A stretch of 64,000 bases of DNA from Podarcis filfolensis (taxonomy: Eukaryota): the NCBI GenBank assembly GCA_964270895.1, contig OZ185435.1; one strand, written 5' to 3'. Positions 11,370 to 23,800 of the stretch are shown here, piece after piece. Both the position numbers and the translations under genes were made by a program. Under the pieces are notes generated by a model. The model searched no databases and was not told the DNA's origin. It saw only the letters and a program-made list of their open reading frames with translations. The first letter of the stretch is position 1. The number at the start of each line of letters is the position of its first letter.

Positions 11370-11450
11370 AGACCATCCACTGAACCTGAATAGTTGGAAA
11401 TCCAGGACAGGCAAACAGAAATAGCTCTTCACACATCACATTATAATTTG
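11370..11450 (+). mobile_element. CR1 LINE 3' fragment
   Basis: Similar to the CR1 ORF2 end (GHPxKL..GxxRT..RK..FT) and to the copy at 18560-18720. Confidence 0.5.
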
Positions 11451-11884
11451 AAGGCACCTAGAACTGGGGGAACCATAGGGAAGAAGCAGTAGGCATGACC
11501 TACAAAACCATCTGAGAAATAAAATAGGTGGGAACCAGGTGAGGACCTTTTGTGTTACACAGGATTTGAATCAGCTTCCCAAAAGAAATCTACCTAGCCC
11601 CTTCAATGCAAACTTTTTTTTTTAAAAAAAAGACCATTTTATTTAAGTACGTAAACATTTTTAGGATTCAGATTTTATGTTTTCTGCTTCTGTTTTAAAT
11701 TCCTGTGCATTTTGCTGTGAATTGTTTGTTTTATACTGAATTTTATCTTTTCATTCTTGTTTTGATTTTTCTGTAAACCATTTTGTGTTACTGTACTTTG
11801 TAAAATGGAAAAAGTGGGATATGAGTAAGAGAAATATATAAAGCTAGGCACTTTTGAGTCCCACTAATATCTGCTGGAGAATTA

Positions 11885-12141
11885 CCACATTTTTCACTCT
11901 ATAAGACGCACCAGACCATAAGACGCACCTAGTTTTTGGAGGAGGACAACAAGAAAAAAATATTCTGAATCCCAGAAGCCAGAACAGCAAGAGGGGTCAC
12001 TGCGCAGCAAAAGCAGCAATCCCTCTTGCTGTTCTGGCTTCTGGCATAGCTGTGCAGCCTGCATTCGCTTCATAAGATGCACACACATTTCCCCTTACTT
12101 TTTAGGAGGGAAAAGTGAGTCTTATAGAGCAAAAAATACGG
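11885..12141. mobile_element. Tc1/mariner (pogo/Tc2-like) MITE with internal hairpin
   Basis: TA flanks, TIRs CCACATTTTTCACTCTATAAGAC / GTCTTATAGAGCAAAAAATACGG. Confidence 0.8.
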
Positions 12142-12307
12142 TAAGCATGCACTCTCATTGAATTTAGGAAAGGTCAAAGCTGCAATCTGTGCACATTTTT
12201 CCTGGGATTAATACACCTCAGAGTATTTTGCCTCAGAGAACTTTACCTCTGAGTAAAGTTGCATAGGATTGCACAGTGGAAGTGCTTAATATTGGCTAGA
12301 ATGTGAC

Positions 12308-12609
12308 TAGCACCAACTTGTGAGGGCAATGGGGGGGATGTGTCCTGTGCGATGGAGGAGCCAGGGTGCATAGCCACATGGCTTCAATGGTTGGCGGCTC
12401 CTCCTGCTCCTCCTCGTGGCACTGCCATTGGCAGGATGCCTGCTTCAACACTCCTTCCCCTCTGCAGCAGCAGCAGGAGGAGAAGGAGAAGGAAAGAGCC
12501 ACTGGAGCTGCACTTCGCCTCTGCAATGTTTGGACATGGGGGGTGACCACACACACCCCTCAAAATTGGGGGGATCAAAAGGACTCGGTCCCCAGGAGCT
12601 GGTGCCCCT
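12308..12609. mobile_element. Degenerate hAT-like MITE
   Basis: Right end GAGCTGGTGCCCCTG, left end TAGCACCAACTT; GC-rich interior. Confidence 0.4.
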
Positions 12610-13238
12610 GAACATTTTACAGATTTAAATTTTTTTTCTAAAATTCATACATTTGAATTTCAAAATTTTTCCCATTTTTATTTTGAAATTCTTTTTTGGT
12701 GCTTGTGACTCTGGCTAATGGATTTTAAGAGAATTGTGTTGCAATTTTGCAAGTCCAGTAGTCCCATTATATTATTTTCTATAAAACCCTTCAGTATGAC
12801 CAAGATTCTTGTGACATCTTAAAGATTAACAAATATCTTGCGGAATATACTTTTGTTGACCAAATCTCTTTTGCTATGCTCATTTTCTTATTCATGCTAG
12901 CCAGAAAACCTAAAGCAGCAGAATCTCATCAGTAGCAGAGGAATAAATGCTGCTAATAGTTTTCAAAGTGCCTTAAAACTTCCAGATGGTTCACACCTCA
13001 ATTCATTTCATGAATGCTCTGGGAGTATCAAATGATTCACACCAATTGTTTTCAAAGGGCAAAATCCATTGGGAAATTTCCATAAATTTCACTGAAATAA
13101 ATGAATGAGAGCTACTCCGAGTCTTTAAAAAACACACACATCTAAACTATAAGAAACTAGAGTTGGCCATAAGCAGCTGGAAATTTTACAATTTATCTAC
13201 TAGAACAATGTGGGTCTGGAACATGTCCCCACTCAAGG

Positions 13239-13529
13239 CAGCAGCGGAGCAAGCCAATTGGGTGTCTGGGGCGGCGCCAGCCACCCACGGGGCAGGGCAA
13301 GCCGGGGCAGGATGCTCCGCGGGGCCTCCGAGGAGTCTGCCTGCCTCCTTCCACTCAGTGGCCCTGCAGCTGAGGGGCAGGTGGTGGCTGGACCGTTTGC
13401 TCCAGGAGAAACCGTGGCTCAGGCGTGCTGCAGGCCCCGCGGTGAGTGCCGCCCAGCATTTTGTCACCCCCCTCAGTGGTGACACCCTGGGCGACCTGCC
13501 CCCACCGCACCCCTCCTCCTCTGCCCCTG
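13239..13529. mobile_element. GC-rich hAT-like MITE
   Basis: Ends CAGCAGCGGAGC / CTCCTCTGCCCCTG; 8-bp flanks ACTCAAGG / ACTGGAGG (6/8 match). Confidence 0.6.
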
Positions 13530-13737
13530 ACTGGAGGTGCCTGCAACCATGAGGTTTAGATCAATGGCTGTGCCCTTTTTTTGCCTCTGATCCTGCCCAC
13601 CATTTGCTTAGAAGAGAATGCAACAGTTCTTCACCCATAGGTGAGATGAAGCAGAGGTAAGGTTTCCATCACGATTGATCCAAGTGCTAGGTTAATTTCA
13701 TTGTACACAGTATGTACATTGACAATAAAGGTATTAA

Positions 13738-13775
<38 letters not shown>
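13738..13775. repeat. (ATT)n microsatellite
   Basis: Directly visible. Confidence 0.95.
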
Positions 13776-13913
13776 GGTTAGGAGCTAAATTAGGAACATC
13801 TGGAACAAAGAATCTGCCATATTTGTACCATTCTCCTTCCCATTTCAAATCAGGGACAACTTCTCTGTACCCCATTTCTTGATATCTGTGCGGACAGAAG
13901 ATAAAGCCTTATA

Positions 13914-14139
13914 CAGTGGTACCTCAGGTTAAGAACTTAATTCGTTCCGGAGGTCCGTTCTTAACCTGAAACTGTTCTTAACCTGAAGCAACACTTTAGC
14001 TAATGGGGTCTCCTGCTGCCACTGTGCCGCTGCTGCACGATTTCTGTTCTCATCCTGAAGCAAAGTTCTTAACCCGAGGTAATATTTCTGGGTTAGCGGA
14101 GTCTGTAACCTGAAGCGTATTTACCCCGAGGTACCACTG
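13914..14139. mobile_element. Tc1/mariner (Tigger-like) MITE, family A copy 1
   Basis: TA TSD, TIR CAGTGGTACCTC / GAGGTACCACTG; homologous to three nearby copies. Confidence 0.92.
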
Positions 14140-15196
14140 TACAAGCATTCAGAGGGCACCTTGGAAAAGGAAGTGTGATGAGGGCAAAATGATGCCACAC
14201 ATACCAGCATGTCCCCACCCCTACTGGTTCCACCCCCAACCTTCCCACAGCGAGCAAGAAGGTCTGAAGGGAGATTCTTTCTGCATTTGGCTGGATGTGT
14301 TCAGATTCCTTCCCACAATGAGGAATGTGCAAAAGGCCTTAGGTCTCAGTGTATGTTGGTCAACGCTGGCCTTGTGTCCCCTTCACCCTTTATTTCCCCA
14401 CATGTTTTTTGAAAGCTCAAATAGTTACAGTTAGTAACTGCATTTCCGAGAGAAATTCGTTCCCAAATGCATCATGCCTTTGCATTCAGCAGTAGCTGAA
14501 GCCCCATCAACAGCAGTGGCTGAAATATGTTAGACTTTAAATAATGCAGCAACACAACCCAGTTATAAGCCCAACACAATTCATGTTAGGTTTATAAACC
14601 ATTCCTGAGAAAAACGATTATCTCCCAAAGTTTACAGCATGGAAAAAAATGCCTTTATTATTCCCCCCACCAAAAAAAGCTGCAGACACCACTCTAGTTC
14701 AGAGCCTTATGTGGACACCATAGACCTCTTATCTGTGCGCTCTGTCTCATCCATGGATGGAGCAGCTCTGCGCTCCTGAAGAAATGAATACAGGGATTTT
14801 TTTTCTGCACTGTAATGAGTATAACAGTCTTTGCCAGGTCATGATTTTTGTGGTCACAAAGCGAAGCATTCCTGTCCCCAGTTGCACCTACATAAATGGG
14901 GTTTAATTTATGCCTGCTTATTTGGGTGCAAGACTGATGCTAAGGACTGGTTTCCCATTAAATCTTACTGTCCATAATATGAAAAGATACCTTGAAGAGG
15001 AAATAAGGATTCCCATTTGGATCAGAAGTGGAATATTTTAGACCAGGATCTGGTGTTGATTGGTTGATGTTGAGCTAGTTATTCACCACAGGCTTGGACT
15101 GTCATCAACAAGCTGGCTCCTGATGATGTTCTAGGTAGAGTTTTATGCATTTTCTCCATCCTCAACTTCAGACATTTAATCCTATAGGAAACAAAC

Positions 15197-15355
15197 GAGG
15201 TGATGGCACCTTCCCATTCCACATATAAGAGCTGAATGGACTGGAAGCTGAATCGTACTTATACACTGGCAATGGGTCAAGGTCCTCTACTCTACCTGGA
15301 TGAAGCTGGCTATCTTAGAGAGTGCAGTTAAAACTCATTGTATTGGATCCTAAAG
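15197..15355 (+). repeat. Left arm of long inverted repeat (pairs with 16975-17136)
   Basis: Manual alignment to reverse complement of right arm: ~11 mismatches plus a 3-nt indel over 159 nt. Confidence 0.9.
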
Positions 15356-15603
15356 CACAGAACGAGGCTATTTCCCCCCGAATTCATACTGACAGCCAAG
15401 TACTTGCCATGGAATCTAGAATGGGTATTGATGGATAACACATCTCTCCTGTGTGTTTGGATGCACAGACTTCAGGATTTTTCCTCAGTGTGCCTAGAAT
15501 TGCCAGAAATCTCACCAGTGGCTCTAGGAACTGTCCCATGAAAAATTTAGTCTGGGTTAATTCATCCCATACAAAAGCGCTTAGTAAAATATGAGAGCAT
15601 ATA

Positions 15604-15845
15604 CAGTGGTACCTCGGGTTACATACGCTTCAGGTTACATACGCTTCAGGTTACAGACTCCGCTAACCCAGAAATAGTGCTTCAGGTTAAGAACTTTGCT
15701 TCAGGATGAGAACAGAAATCATGCTCCGGTGGCGCGACAGCAGCAGGAAGCCCCATTAGCTAAAGTGGTGCTTCAGTTTAAGAACAGTTTCAGGTTAAGT
15801 ACGGACCTCCAGAATGAATTAAGTACTTAAGCAGAGGTACCACTG
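15604..15845. mobile_element. Tc1/mariner MITE, family A copy 2 (inverted vs copy 1)
   Basis: TA TSD, CAGTGGTACCTC TIRs. Confidence 0.92.
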
Positions 15846-16974
15846 TAGTCAAGACCAAATGTTCACTCACAGAGCAAGGAGGAAAAACTGAAATCCCTCT
15901 TTGCTGTTTCTTTTCCAGAGCCCTGTAACATTAGCTCTCAGAATTATTGGGCCATTTTCCTGATCCCTTCTACAGCTGTTTGTAGGTGGTTATAATTAGT
16001 AAAAGAGAGGGAAAGAAAATTCTCTTTCTCTCCCCCCCCCCTTTCTGCTATGTCAAGGGAACAAAACTAGGAAGACCACAACAAGTTAATCTCCTGCCGT
16101 CTGTCACTAACAACATCAGGCATGCACATTAAGAAGTGTGCCCAGGCTGTGCAACCCCTTCACTTGCACCTGCCATTTTTGCAGCAATGAACAAAGGGCA
16201 CAGTCACAACTACAGAGTCCTTGAAAACAGAAGGGAAAAAACCCTAGAGGATGCCCTGGCAGAAGTAAAAGGAAATTTGGTATCATAAAACATCCAGCCC
16301 AGATGCTCTGCAATTTCTCAGTTTCAGGTAGGAAGAAAGGCACGCAGCCTAAACCCATTAAGCAAGTTTCAAGAATTTTTGACTTAAACTCAACAAATCT
16401 GCCGTCGATGTTGCTATCCTAGTAAACCACAGGGACAGGGAATGTGCATTCAGTAAATCATGTTGATCCATTTTTTGTTCCAAGCCAAGTACATTTAACT
16501 CTGAACCCAGAATGGATTAATGGGGCTTATCAAATAGTGATCCTCTTCTTGAAGGTTAGTCATGCAGTTTCCTGGTAGATCAGTAAAGTTGGCATGAACA
16601 GGATCGATGAACAGTGGTGAGAACTTGTGTTTCAAAAGGTTCTGGTAGATTGTAGCCATTATGACTCATAAGACAAGTGAATTGAAGGATATTAAAGAAA
16701 GGAACGTTTCCCATCCCCTCTTCCCCACCCCACACTATCAGCACCCACTGAAAAATATTTCCAGAGACTCAGTAGTCCCTTCTGAACCATGTGTGGTGGG
16801 TTACAGAGGGCTGTTGACCAAAACGGAATCATTCAAATTCAGGTCAACTGTATTTCCCTCTGACCCACCCATCCCATACAGTTCAGGAGGGGCTGTTTAC
16901 AGAGAGGCTTTTCAGGGCTTGCAAGTATATGCAAGAGACAGAAGGGGAAGGAGAAAATGCTTTCCAATCTCTTA

Positions 16975-17136
16975 CTTTAGGATCCAAGACAAGGGGTTTT
17001 ATCTGCACTCTCTAAGATAGCCAGCTTCCTCCAGATAGAGTAGAGGACCTTGACCCATTGCCAGTTTTTAAGTAAGATTCAGCTTCCATCCCATTCAGCT
17101 CTTATATGTGGAATGGGAAGGTGCCATTTTCACCTC
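16975..17136 (-). repeat. Right arm of long inverted repeat (pairs with 15197-15355)
   Basis: See left arm. Confidence 0.9.
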
Positions 17137-18559
17137 AGGCAGCAGAATGTCTTGGTTCAGCCTCTGTTCTGGGTAACCTAAGAGACAGGCATGGGGTTGG
17201 AGAGTTGCCCTTTCCCTGCCAAGCCACTGGTAGGTGCAGATATTTGGGGATCCAATAAATTCCTGGGATTCCAAGGGGCATGTAGCATTGGGCAGATTTT
17301 CTCAGCCTCACCTTTCAGTTGTTGGCTTGCATCAGCAGCAAGCTGTACTGTAAATTAAGAATTGCATAGCATGCAAGGCTGAGCTTCCATTGTCAGAAAA
17401 GCCCTGTATCTGTGCAGAAGCAATTGCACCCACTCAAGAAGATCTTTGTAACCTGAACCAAAATCTTTTCTCTTCTGGCCAGTTGACATAAGCAAGCCTT
17501 GCTTTTAATGCCAAAGTAAATTCAAGAAAGGACAGAAAGAAAGAAGGAAGACTTTGCCTTGGGATTTGAAAGCTGCTTGTTTCCCCTCCATCCCTGTTCT
17601 CCAGACATTTGGCACAGAGGGGAGAGATGATTGGGGAGAAGCCTACAGTGGCTCCTGTTTGACAGATCAGGCTCCAGGAAGCTGTGAGGCAACAACGGCA
17701 GCTGCTGTGTGCTGCTCTGCCATTTTCAGACAAGAGACTGCAGCAGAAAAGAAGAAGCGAGCTGCAGTCAGGGGGTTCAAACAGATGAGCATTGTCTTCT
17801 TTAGGGTCTGTAAAATGTCTTCCAAGTGGGCCAGGACATCATTTTAAGGTGTTCTTCAGTCCATAATAACCAACACATTAAGACACTGTGTGTACTGTTT
17901 ACAGTGTAGATAGTAAGAGAACGATTGCAGTATAATTCAGAGTGATAACGTGGAGGCTGGCTTCAATAAATCATAAATTAGTCATAATAATAAGAGCCAA
18001 AGTACAGCTAAACTGCTGTAATCAAACAATTCTCCAGAACAAATTAAGTGACATTACAGGGCAGCTATACATAACCAGCTATTGCCTACAGCCTCTTTAG
18101 CTAAGTCGCCAATGGCCCCGCCTTGTGACATGACTTGGAAGACGCATTCCAGTGGTGCAGCCTCACACCTGTGTATTATGTGTCCAAAGATTGGAGCAGT
18201 GTGAGCAGGGCTGATGGCACATTTCTTTTCCACCTGATTCCTGCCCTTCCTCCTGGAGGTGGGGAGGAAGACTTTATCTCACCCATATGGTAGCAGGATT
18301 CTCATATTTATTGCAGCTTTGGGAAAGTGGCTATGACATTGTAGCAGGAATGCAAAGAGGGTTTCTGAGGCAAGATTTAAATACTGATTCCTTGTAGTCA
18401 AATATAATGCTGTTCTTTGAAGTCTGGAAAACACATCCTAAAATTTTGAAAATTATCAAAGGTCAGAAGCCCCGCCCCCATGAGGGAAGGTTACAGTGTT
18501 GGGACTTCCAATTTAGAAAAAAAGCTAAGCGTGGGGAGAAGTAAATGGACACAACAGGA

Positions 18560-18720
18560 TTGTATAAAATTATGCATAGTGTGGGGAAAGGGAATACAAA
18601 AAGTTTTTCTCCATTTCTCATAATAGTAGAACATTGGGACATCCAATGAAGTGGACAGTTGAGGGATTCAGAACAGATAAAAGGAGGTAGTTCTTCATAC
18701 ACCATGTAGTTCACTTTAAA
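18560..18720 (+). mobile_element. CR1 LINE 3' fragment
   Basis: TATAAAATTATGCAT..TTCTCCATTTCTCATAAT..GGACATCCAATGAAG matches the CR1 YKIMH..FFS.SHN.R..GHPMK end. Confidence 0.75.
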
Positions 18721-18794
18721 AAATGCAATTGCGACACCAGCTTGTCCTATGGGGAGTGGCAAAGCACTCTTGAGGCTTCTCCAGGCTACTGGTA

Positions 18795-19025
18795 CAGTGG
18801 TACCTCGGGTTAAGAACTTAATTCGTTCTGGAGGTCCGTTCTTAACATGAAACTGTTCTCAACCTGAAGCACCACTTTAGCTAATGGGGCCTCCCGCTGC
18901 TGCTGCGGGATTTCTGTTCTCATCCTGAAGCAAAGTTCTTAACCCGAGGTAATATTTCTGGGTTAGCGGAGTCTGTAACCTGAGGCATATGTAACCTGAA
19001 GTGTATGTAACCCGAGGTACCACTG
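18795..19025. mobile_element. Tc1/mariner MITE, family A copy 3
   Basis: TA TSD, CAGTGGTACCTC TIRs. Confidence 0.92.
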
Positions 19026-20628
19026 TACTTTAATTAGTCATTTTCTCTCCCCCCCCCCCGCCTTTTTTTAAAGAATCATTTGCTTCTGCAGGGATGGTTT
19101 TTCTACATGAATTTGCTAGTTCTAATTTTTTTTTTTTTGGAAAACTGAGTTGCTGAGTGTTAGAATGACTCCATGAAACTTGGGTACTGAGAAGAGTCAT
19201 TAAGGGATTCAGAAACCATTGATATTATACAGGTACTCTCTTGAGTTAGAGAAGGATGTAAGTAGGGACAAACCAACCCCAGAGCTCTTTAAATACTAAA
19301 TTGGACAAATCACTGCAAAGTGATAATGTTACAAACCACACTTTCACTGGGAAAATGCAAAGGGTTATATCAAAACTGGCCCAGATGTGGGAAAAGACAA
19401 AGTGGAATTATAATTGGATCTATCTCATTGTTTTAAATAAATGGCCCTATTATTGTTGCAGCTGGTGGAATTGTACAACAGGGACTAACTAAGAGCTAAA
19501 AGAACTTTTAAAATCATTTAGCCTTATTGATTCACATGATGTTAATAGGTAGGTTTCAAGGAAGTAAATGACTAGAAGAAGAAGGGAGCAGGGAGGAAAC
19601 CCTTCCAAGATTCAGTTATCCTTTCAAGAGTATGGCAAATGAATGGAAAATTCCAGTGGTAGATAATGGATTTTATTAATGGACAAAATAAAGGGTGGGT
19701 TGTGGGGCTTGTGCAAGATGCTTAAGAAAACAATTGTGCAAAAGAATAACTCAACTAGAATGCAACAACCAAGCTGCAGAGAATAGCATGATCCAATAAT
19801 GATCTAAAGAGATGAGTCCTGAACTGAAGAGAGGGGGCCAGTTGTTGTGGAGAATGAGCAAGAGGGAGGAGGATGTAAGAATTTGGGGGCTGCTAGAGGA
19901 GAGCTTAAGGAGCTGAGAAAAAGATGCTGGAACAAAGGGTGGATGTTACAGTGGAGGTTAGCAGAGATATCAATTACATTGTGCAAAGGCACTGATAGGA
20001 ATTAATCAGAATTGAACCTCCAGGATGAGATACGTACTAACAATTACCCATTGGCAAGTAATAAGCTCATGTTGAGTTTCAGCAGTCTTTGGGGAAAGTT
20101 TACAATTTGGAATTTCAGTTTCATTGTAAAAACAAACAAATGCTGCCCTTATAAGCTTTAGGTATTTTCTATCAACATATTTTATTTTTCTCTCCTTATT
20201 TCTCAAGCAGATGCCATGCACTGACAGATTTCTTGACTTATTTGTAGATGAAGCGGAAACAAGGCAGTCCTTGTCTGCCAAATGAGGAAAAACAACCTGA
20301 GGAGAATTGCATGCACTTGTAGACAAATGGAATCTTTTTCCCTCCAAGTTTTAAACGAAGAGTGATGGGTCAGAAGCAAAAACAAAATGCTATCTTTCAG
20401 GAAATTCTTTAGCTCCTTTAAGCCAGTTTATACCCATTAGTTTCTAAAGTTTTGAGACTTACAAAGTAGAATTCTGTGGTTTGAATAGATAAATTGTGTC
20501 ACTTCAGTAGGTGGCTATCATGAGAGAAGGTTTCAAACTTTCCCAGTTCCACAACCAGGGTAGTTGTTGGTACAGGCTGCCTATTCCAGAGAGAGAGTTC
20601 CTTATCACTCTCTCATAGTAAGTAACTA

Positions 20629-20870
20629 TAGTGGTACCTCGGGTTACATACGCTTCAGGTTACATACGCTTCAGGTTACAGACTCTGCTAACCCAGAAAT
20701 AGTACCTCGGATTAAGAACTTTGCTTCAGGATGAGAACAGAAATCACGCAGCTGCGGCGTGGCGGCAGTGGGAGGCCCCATTAGCTAAAGTGGTGCTTCA
20801 GGTTAAGAACAGTTTCAGGTTAAGAACGGACCTCCAGAATGAATTAAGTTCTTAACCCAAGGTACCACTG
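20629..20870. mobile_element. Tc1/mariner MITE, family A copy 4 (inverted vs copy 3)
   Basis: TA TSD; left TIR has terminal C>T (TAGTGGTACCTC). Confidence 0.9.
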
Positions 20871-23800
20871 TATTTTGTTTTGGACCTTTTGCGACTGCAA
20901 TTCTGTTCACACCTACCTGGAAGTAAGTCCCATTGAACTCAGTGGGACTTACTTGCGAGAAGGTATGTGCATGATTCCACTGTCAGTATTGCAAAATGCA
21001 GCTGAGGAAGGGTAATAACTATGATAGCCAGGTGAAAAAGGTGAGATGCTCCTTCACCTTTAATACATGTGCTGAAATAACCTGTTATTTTCTATTAAAG
21101 GTGTAGGAGCCCCCTCTTTTTCAGCACACTGCCCTAAGTCAGAACTAACTTACAAGAAAAGTGTGAATGGAATAGTGATAAATACCTCCACATCTGGCAT
21201 GTGGTAACTGAGCAAGAAATAAATGTCACTTTATAGGAAGTGACAGCATGGTCTGTGGTCCTAACAAGACAGGGAGGAAGTGGCAGAATGATCAATGTGA
21301 TGAAGAGAGAGCAAATTAGCTCCTCTATCTCCATCACTGCCATAAGTGAGTTCTCTTTATACGAAATCTCCAAAAGACAAAACTGACCACTTAGTGAGAA
21401 AAGGAACAAGGAGTAAAAACAGCAAGAATTGGTTTAGAGACAAGGTACAACCACAGCTAGCACCAAAGACAATATAGTCAACTGGTTTATATAACTCCAA
21501 ACGAGGATGAGCTTGCTTTGAATAAAACTTTGCACCATATTTTAATATCATCACAACATTTGACAAAGGCCTCGGGGAGAACTGTGAGGGTCAGAGATCT
21601 TGTGTTTCAAATGTACACACTGTCAAAGAAGGCTGGCTCTGGAAAGAATTACTTCATCAAAAGAGCTTTCTCAGAGCTGCTTGTTGACAGTCATGATGGT
21701 ATGATGTAAGAGAGGCTGGCATTTGATGACCCAACCACTTAGAGTGATTAGTGTTCACCTGTGTAAAGAAATAAAGGGAAATTTCTAGAACTCCAGCTAT
21801 GAAATACTTGTGAGTAATATTACCACATGATCAGGCCTTCATTTTGGTCACATGATTGCTGTACTAATTATTTCCCCATGATCCCTGGAAGACAATTTCA
21901 TAATCAGCAAAGAGCTTTTTTAAAAAATGACATTTTTTATTTATTTAAAATATTGATAAGCTACACTTTCTTATAAAACATCACAAGGCACTATAAAGAC
22001 AAAAAACATAGTATTACAATGAAGCCAATTAAAATATCAAGCACATCAGTAAGAGCTGCTTGATTATATTTATGTCAAGATTCAGTGATGAGGGAGAAAG
22101 GGCAATTCAAAAGTTTGACTAACAGTTCATCCTGAAGCAGACATATTTTCATGCTTTGGATTCCATGCAAGTGACAACAGAATTAACTTGTGGATAGATT
22201 TTTGATTATTGCATTAGAGGATTCTGCAGCATGATTTCCAAAAGGAACAGAGACAGTCTCTTCAGTGGCCACTAGTTCCACTTCCCTAGTGACTCCAAAC
22301 TTCCAATACAAAAGCTTGGCCAGTTGAGACCTGTCAAGTCATTGTATAGTAAGGCTTAGCTGGAGGATGCATATCCAGAAAAAATACAGTGGGTGGTGAC
22401 TGTCTATTGAAGGTTAATTGCAGGGGGTTAAAAATAATAATAATCCATATGCTGAACTACTATTGTCAGAGTAACCCTTCCCTCCCCTTGTCCAGTCACA
22501 GCTGAGCCACTAAGACTTTGAGTTTTTTCCATGGAAAAGTTGTGAAATAGGTGCATGTGTACAGATATTGTAGATTTCCTGCTTACTGCTAGTTTGGGGG
22601 AATGAACCTTTTCCCCACCTCAATACTACCTGTTCTCTTCTTCCTCATCAGACTGTTGCAGCTTTCAATTAAATATGTGGTGTGTGACAGAAGCTGTAGT
22701 CGACCTATCTATCTACATTCAATTTTGGAAGTCTGCAGCATAAACAGAGGGAAAACTAGGGAAACAAGACCTGCTCCTACATCTCTGCTGAAAGACCAAC
22801 TCACTTTGCCTTTTTCTCCCTGAACTGTTTCAATTCCAGCTAGACATTATAAGAGCTTTGTAACTTTAAGAACTGCTGCCTGAATGTGCTTGTTTTCTTC
22901 TTTCCTCCTGGTCCCCTTTTCTTTTTGTGTCCTGCCTTTTAGATTGCAGGCCGGCTGGAGGGCAGGAACTGTCTTGCGTTATTGATCTTACATAAGCTGC
23001 TATAGGAGCTTTTTCACGTAAAGAGTGGGGAGAAAATACTACAACTTATTTATTTAAGTAGTCACAGCTCTTAAACACCATTTGAAAAGAGGGAAATGGA
23101 CATATATTGGCGGATGCGAGAATATATTTGGGTTGCTGTTGCTGTTGCTTGCTTTGAGAAAAGAAGGCATCCGTTCTCTGGAGATATTACCTCAGTGCAA
23201 AATCCGCATATTTAAAAGGCTGTATTGTGGAACATATGAAAGATCAACACATTCAAAAGGTTATATTGAAATATTTCCATATTTTATTAAGATCACTTTC
23301 CAGTGCCTGATATAATACAGTGGAGTACTTCCCCATAGGATGGTTCCAGCTGTTAACAAATTACGTTGCCTGCATATTAGCAACTTATCACATTGGTAGA
23401 GCCCTCAAATGAATTACAGGCATTTATTTTTAAGAGAATGCCATCTAGTATTGATCATCTGTAAACTCTGGTGCTGTTTTTAAATAAATGCAATACATTT
23501 CAACAACTGTCTTCAAGCATTTTTGTATTTGTCACTTGTTCTTATTTTCTGTGTGCAAATGTCAATGACAATGAACCTTTAAAACATAAACATAAACAAA
23601 TGAGAAACGGTTGTCTCTCCTATTCTTGGGACCAGAGATTAGCTCAATACTATTTTCATTTCCTGATTGTAAACTCACGGAAACTAGCAGCAGAATGTGT
23701 GTGAATGCACATGAAGCAATTAATTATTGTACCCAGTTGGAGAGGGTGCAGATCCAGCTAAGCGGGTGTAATGAGCTTAACCAACCCTGAGGTAGAACCA

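Noticed and set aside
13687-13875. ORF with poly-Ile
   Set aside because: Translation of an (ATT)n microsatellite
20207-20290. Plus-strand acceptor followed by MPCTDRFLDLFVDEAETRQSLSAK*
   Set aside because: Isolated; no linked exons or donor; could be chance
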